NCBI GenBank assembly: GCA_951406725.2
Contig: OX597829.1
Location: 5,084,001-5,148,000, forward strand
Source: Octopus vulgaris
Taxonomy: Eukaryota
DNA: 64,000 nt
Direction of reading: 5' to 3'
Numbering within the stretch: position 1 is the first letter of the stretch; each line of letters begins with the position of its first letter. Below are positions 58,930 to 64,000 of this stretch, piece by piece. The notes under the pieces were generated by a model that was not told the origin of the DNA, did no database searches, and saw only the letters and a program-made list of their open reading frames with translations. The position numbers were made by a program, and so were the translations under genes.

Positions 58930-59449
58930 CTTCTTTTGGCAGTAATTGCAGAATGTTGTGGTAGCTGCATGATGTGTCTCCATTCCTGCCACAGCTGACG
59001 ACTCCAGGAGATGGTTAAGACAGATGGCAGACAGACGACAGGAATCTCCATTGCCACAAACAGAACGCAATTGTTTGCTGTTATGCTGGGTAAGCCACAT
59101 GTTGCTGTGTCTGTAATCTTGCTGTAAGCTCCAAGCAGTATGTCTCTCCTAGTGTTTAATTATTGCTGTTGTTATTTGTAAAAAAACCAACACAGTTTGA
59201 CTCTGTGAGCAAAAATAAAATCTGCTAAAAGTCCATGGGTGTTGTTCAGTTACTTCTTCACACCGCCCAAGAAACTCGTTTACATTTATCCACTCAACCA
59301 GTCATCATTACAGAACATCCGACAACAACACAATTCAAGTGATAGGAAAAGCAGAAAAAGAAAAAAGTGCCTGTGCTCTACAGTGTATCAGAGAAAATTG
59401 GAAGGTGAGTATGGATGGATGAGAGTGCACTTGCACCTAACAATTCTAT

Positions 59450-61110
59450 ACAGAATGAAACAGAGATTGCTCTTATGAAAGGATACTAAATTTTGAGAAT
59501 GCATGGAAAAAGAAGTCATCTTTTTGTGGACCCAAAAGAGAGACCAGTTTTCTCAGCTGACAGCTGTGTAATAGATAAAGCAATTAAGAATTTGAAGACA
59601 TGGAAAGCCCTTCATCCATCAGGAATTATTGCAGAGATGTTGGAAATAATTAGCAAAGTGGAATACGGCTTAGTCACCCATATAGTCAATATAGTTGTAC
59701 AAGAAAGTATCAAGCTCAACAACTGATGTAGCAGCATTATAGTCAACTATTACAAGAGTAAATGAGATGACTTAAATAGAAGTAATTACAGAAGTATTAA
59801 ATTGCTGGACTAGTCATTGAAATTGCAGAAAGTGCCATATCTTAACTGATTAGGAAAATAATAGCCTAGTGCTGGGCAGACATGCTGCTGAGGTTCTCTT
59901 TCAAGTAAGGTAACTGCAGGAGAAGTATTTAAATAAGTAAACTGCTATGCTGAAGAAAACCTTTGACAGGAACCCTCATTCCCTTATCTGGTGGTTCCTG
60001 CAGAAGCTAGGAACATATGAATGGTTAGTGAGAGCTGTTCAGGCCATGTGCAGGAGTATTGTTAGTAAGGTGAGAGTTAGCAGTGGGAACAGTAATGAAT
60101 TTAGTGTGCAGGTAAAAGTTCACCAGGCTTTGATTATCAGTTCCCTACTATTTATCATTGCCCTCCTGGTCATAACTAAGGGGAATCCTTATGGAGTACC
60201 TTCTGGGAACTCCTCTATGCAGATGATCTTGTTAGAAAAAAAAATTCTAGGAGTGAAAGTAAGATCTAGAATCAAAGGGCTTTAAAGTTAATTTGACAAA
60301 GATTGAAGTTCTATTAAGAGGTAAAACACATAGAACATGGAAAATGGCCCTGTTTGATATGTAGAAAAGGTGTAAGAAGAAACTCCATACAGTGAGCCCA
60401 ATGCAATCTATGGACACATCTTAGGTGAAAAGGAATCACAGACATGTTAGCAAAGAAATTCAATCCTGAGGCAGAGGCAAAGGAACACTAAGAACATGCA
60501 AAAAATAGATTTTCTTCAATGCCCAGGAGGTTCCCTAGCAATAGATGATAGTTTCTAGATAACCTAATTGGTAGTGGAGGAGAACGTTCTGAAATCACAG
60601 TTGTTAGGATAAGAACTGGCTTGAGAAAGTCTAGAAAGCTATTACTTCTGTTGGTAATTAAAGCCTTTTTTCATAGAATGAAAAGCAAATTGTATGAGGC
60701 TTGAGCATAAACAGCAATGCTACATGGTAGTGAAAAATGGGCTCTAAATTCAGGGGATATGCAAAACTAGAAAGAAATGAAGTTAACACGTCCCACATGA
60801 AATGCAGAGTGTGTATGAAAGTATGACAAATTGTAAATCAAATGTGTTTAGAGAAAAACAGGGTATAACAGGTATAAGCTGTAATGTGAGGGAGGAAATG
60901 TTATGGTAGTATAGTTGACAGTAGCATAAAAAAGGCCCAATAACTAAACGTGCATAGAATCTGAGGAAGATGGAGACCCATGAAGACGTGGGACAAAGAA
61001 AAAACCAGCCTCAGAATGTTGAGTCTCTTGGGAGAGATGATAAATGGCCAAAATAATTGTTGAACTATTGTACTCGTTATGACTTGTCCATTTTATCAGA
61101 AAATGAGGTC
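59450..61110 (+). pseudogene. Decayed RTE-clade LINE ORF
   Basis: KAIKNLKTWKALHPSGIIAEML, NYRSIKLL, LKKTFDR..IWWFLQKLG, LLYADDL, MLHGSEKWAL; many stops. Confidence 0.8.
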
Positions 61111-63002
61111 CTAAAGGGGCATATCATACTTTTACGTCTATGCCTCCATTCCCAATCTGTGTCAAACCTTCCCCACAACTCATTTTCCTAAATTCCATTC
61201 CACAGCCACTCATTCAACTGTAGCTTTATTTACTCAGCTACTACAATTATTTGAGAGCAGAACTGCAAATATTTCATCCTGCTGTGTACTACCAGTTGCC
61301 CTTCTCCTTGGAACCATTTCCTTTCAGCTCCCATCCCATATTCCCAATATCATCCCTTACCATTTTATTTTCTACTAAACATTCACTTCCTCTGAACAAA
61401 ACTCTCAAATCTGCCAAATCAGTGATCCACTACCACCACCTTTTTTAATCACACACTATTTCCACACTATACACCTCTGACACTACACCTCTCTCCCTAT
61501 CTTTCTCTCAACCCCTTCTTCACATCATTTTATTTCTCATTTATCTACATTTTTATAAAACTATTATTCTCCAGTCGGCACCATTTTATACTGCCACATA
61601 TCACCTCCTCTTCCTTGACCTCATTTTTCTCCCACCTTCTCCCCTAAACTCATACACACCATTGACCAAGTCTCCAACTGTGTTCATCTTTCATTGCATT
61701 CACCTCTATATCCATCTCTCTCTTTACACATACACATGAACTTACCTGTGTATCTTTCTTGACCAATTGTCCCTACTCTCTGTTATATACACCTTCTTGT
61801 ACCTTGAAGGTATGTCCTGAAGCCTCGTCACTAATATCCTTTCTCCCTTTCTAGCTGGGGTGGTCATATATTTCATGTGCTGCCAGATAAATATTTCTGC
61901 TTTTCTATCGCACTCTAGTGCCTCAACAAGCTGCAAGAACCCAGCTTCCACAATACTACGCCACTCAGTCGAGGGGCCTCGTTTTGTGACTTAATCACTG
62001 ATCTCCTTCCTGTGAGTACCATGAGAAAAAAGTTGTTGGCTTTAGGAAGCGCATCCAGCCATTGAAGCCATGTTAAAACAGATTTTGCACCAAGACACAG
62101 TCCTCTGGTTGATCAGATTCTGTCAGACTGATCAGCCCATACCAGTGTGGAAGATGATAATAAAGAGGATGATGAAGAAGATGATGATGATGACGGTGAT
62201 GAAGATGATGATGATGATACATACAAACACATGAATCTATACTCGTACATAAACAGACACACAGACAGACACAAAGACACACACATATGCATGCAGACTT
62301 AGACACACCCACATGTTTGTGTATACACACACACACACAAAGTGTGTGTGTGTGTGTGCATGTATGTGTGTGCCTGAATGTGTGTAACACGGTGAGTGAG
62401 TGTGCATGCATGTGTGTGTGAAAGTTTTGTATAATAAAGTTTATTCTATAAGCAGTAGGCACACACACACACATACACACACACACACACACATACACAC
62501 ACACACACACACTCACACACACATACACTCAATGATATTGTATATAAAATTCATAAACACAGTCAAACACACCATCAGTGTTCAAGCAGACACTTATACA
62601 CGCCCTAGCCTAAGGGGGGTCAAATTGAATCTTATTAAAGGAGTGACCCAGATCAACAGTTACAGTTCTATTGCGGTTTAGAATTTCTATCATCTGTTCC
62701 ATCTCCCAGCACAGATTCCAGTTCTAGACGAATGATATATCAAGCACAGTATCAACCTAACACATATGAGGCAACAAGGGGCCATTTATGTGGTCACTCT
62801 GCCTGCTAGAAATAGCTCACAAATCTCTCTCAAATTTCATTTTAATGAAAGAAGCCTTGAATAACTTGGTACAGATAGCCATATATATATATATATATAT
62901 GTATATATATGCATATATATATGTGTGTATATATATGTATATATGTGTGTGTGTGTATGTATATATATATATATATATATACATATTTATACACATATAT
63001 AC

Positions 63003-63035
<33 letters not shown>

Positions 63036-63037
63036 CT

Positions 63038-63195
63038 ATGGCGTTAGGAAGGGCATCCAGCTGTAGAAACACTGCCACATCTGACTGGCCTGGTGCAGCC
63101 TTCGGGCTTCCCAGACCCCAGTTGAACCGTCCAACCCATGCTAGCATGGAAAGCGGACGTTAAACGATGATGATGATGATGATGATGATGATGAT
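63038..63195 (+). mobile_element. Repeat family D, 3' part
   Basis: Matches 17430-17845; further copies at 40645-40815 and 63748-64000 (-). Confidence 0.75.
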
Positions 63196-63257
63196 ATATA
63201 TAAATATGTATAAATATAAATATATATATATATGTATGTATATATATATATGTATAA

Positions 63258-63288
<31 letters not shown>

Positions 63289-63552
63289 TAAATTACTAAG
63301 TTGGCTAACCACAAATTGAAACCCGAAAGGTACAAGCACAATTGTCACTAAAGTGATGGAGGGTACTAGTGAGCACCACCATTGCTAGAAATACGAGTCA
63401 AAACAACTCTTAGTCATGGGCAAAGCACTTGTCCATTGACTGACATTGATTAAGTGCTTTGCTCATGGCTAAGTGTTGATTTGGCTCTTACTTCTAGCAA
63501 TGTTGTTGCTGATTTTTACCCTTAACAACTGTAGTGGTGATTGTACTTGTAC

Positions 63553-63585
<33 letters not shown>

Positions 63586-63611
63586 AGCATATACATGCAC
63601 ACGTGTATATG

Positions 63612-63707
<96 letters not shown>

Positions 63708-64000
63708 TACATTTACACATATATGTACATATATACACACATAAACATCATCATCATCATCATCATCATTTAACATCTATTTTCCATGTTGGCATGAGTT
63801 AAATGGTTTGACAGGAATTGGTAAACTGGAGATCTGCACCAGGTTACAGTCTAATTTGGCATGGTTTATATAGCTGGATGCCCTTCCTGATGCCAACCAC
63901 TCCACAGAGTGTACCAAATACCTTTTATGTGTCACCTGCATGGATAGCTTTTACGCATCGCAGGTATGGACCATGGGCTGTGGTTTCACTTAGCTTCACA

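Noticed and set aside
61742-61951. Minus-strand ORF ending at CAG|GTAAG
   Set aside because: The phase-1 frame has a nearby stop and there is no protein motif.

Overview
Eukaryotic, very AT- and microsatellite-rich animal DNA. The SINE families, (TA)n/(AAT)n/(TACA)n load and transposon set suggest an octopus (coleoid cephalopod) genome; this is inferred from repeat recognition, not searched. Almost all ORFs in the track are microsatellite artefacts. One host gene is supported: the last three coding exons (minus strand, 36577-36458, 33873-33736, 23896-23475) of a fibrinogen C-terminal domain (FReD) protein ending in an ER-retention-like SNEL. The rest is transposon-derived: a young 5'-truncated CR1-type LINE, decayed RTE, Dong/R4 and HERO fragments, Tc1/mariner/maT and Tigger fossils, a piggyBac-type MITE, two inverted copies of a non-autonomous Helitron-like element bracketing a FReD exon, many tRNA-derived SINEs and Penelope-like (GIY-YIG) remnants. 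The main hidden signal is a set of minimal type I hammerhead ribozyme motifs (7 complete or single-variant, plus degenerate ones) from about six unrelated sequence families. They sit in (TA)n tracts, often in fold-back palindromes, mostly with self-complementary helix III; two carry a CCGANGA core. All coordinates and structures were read by eye.
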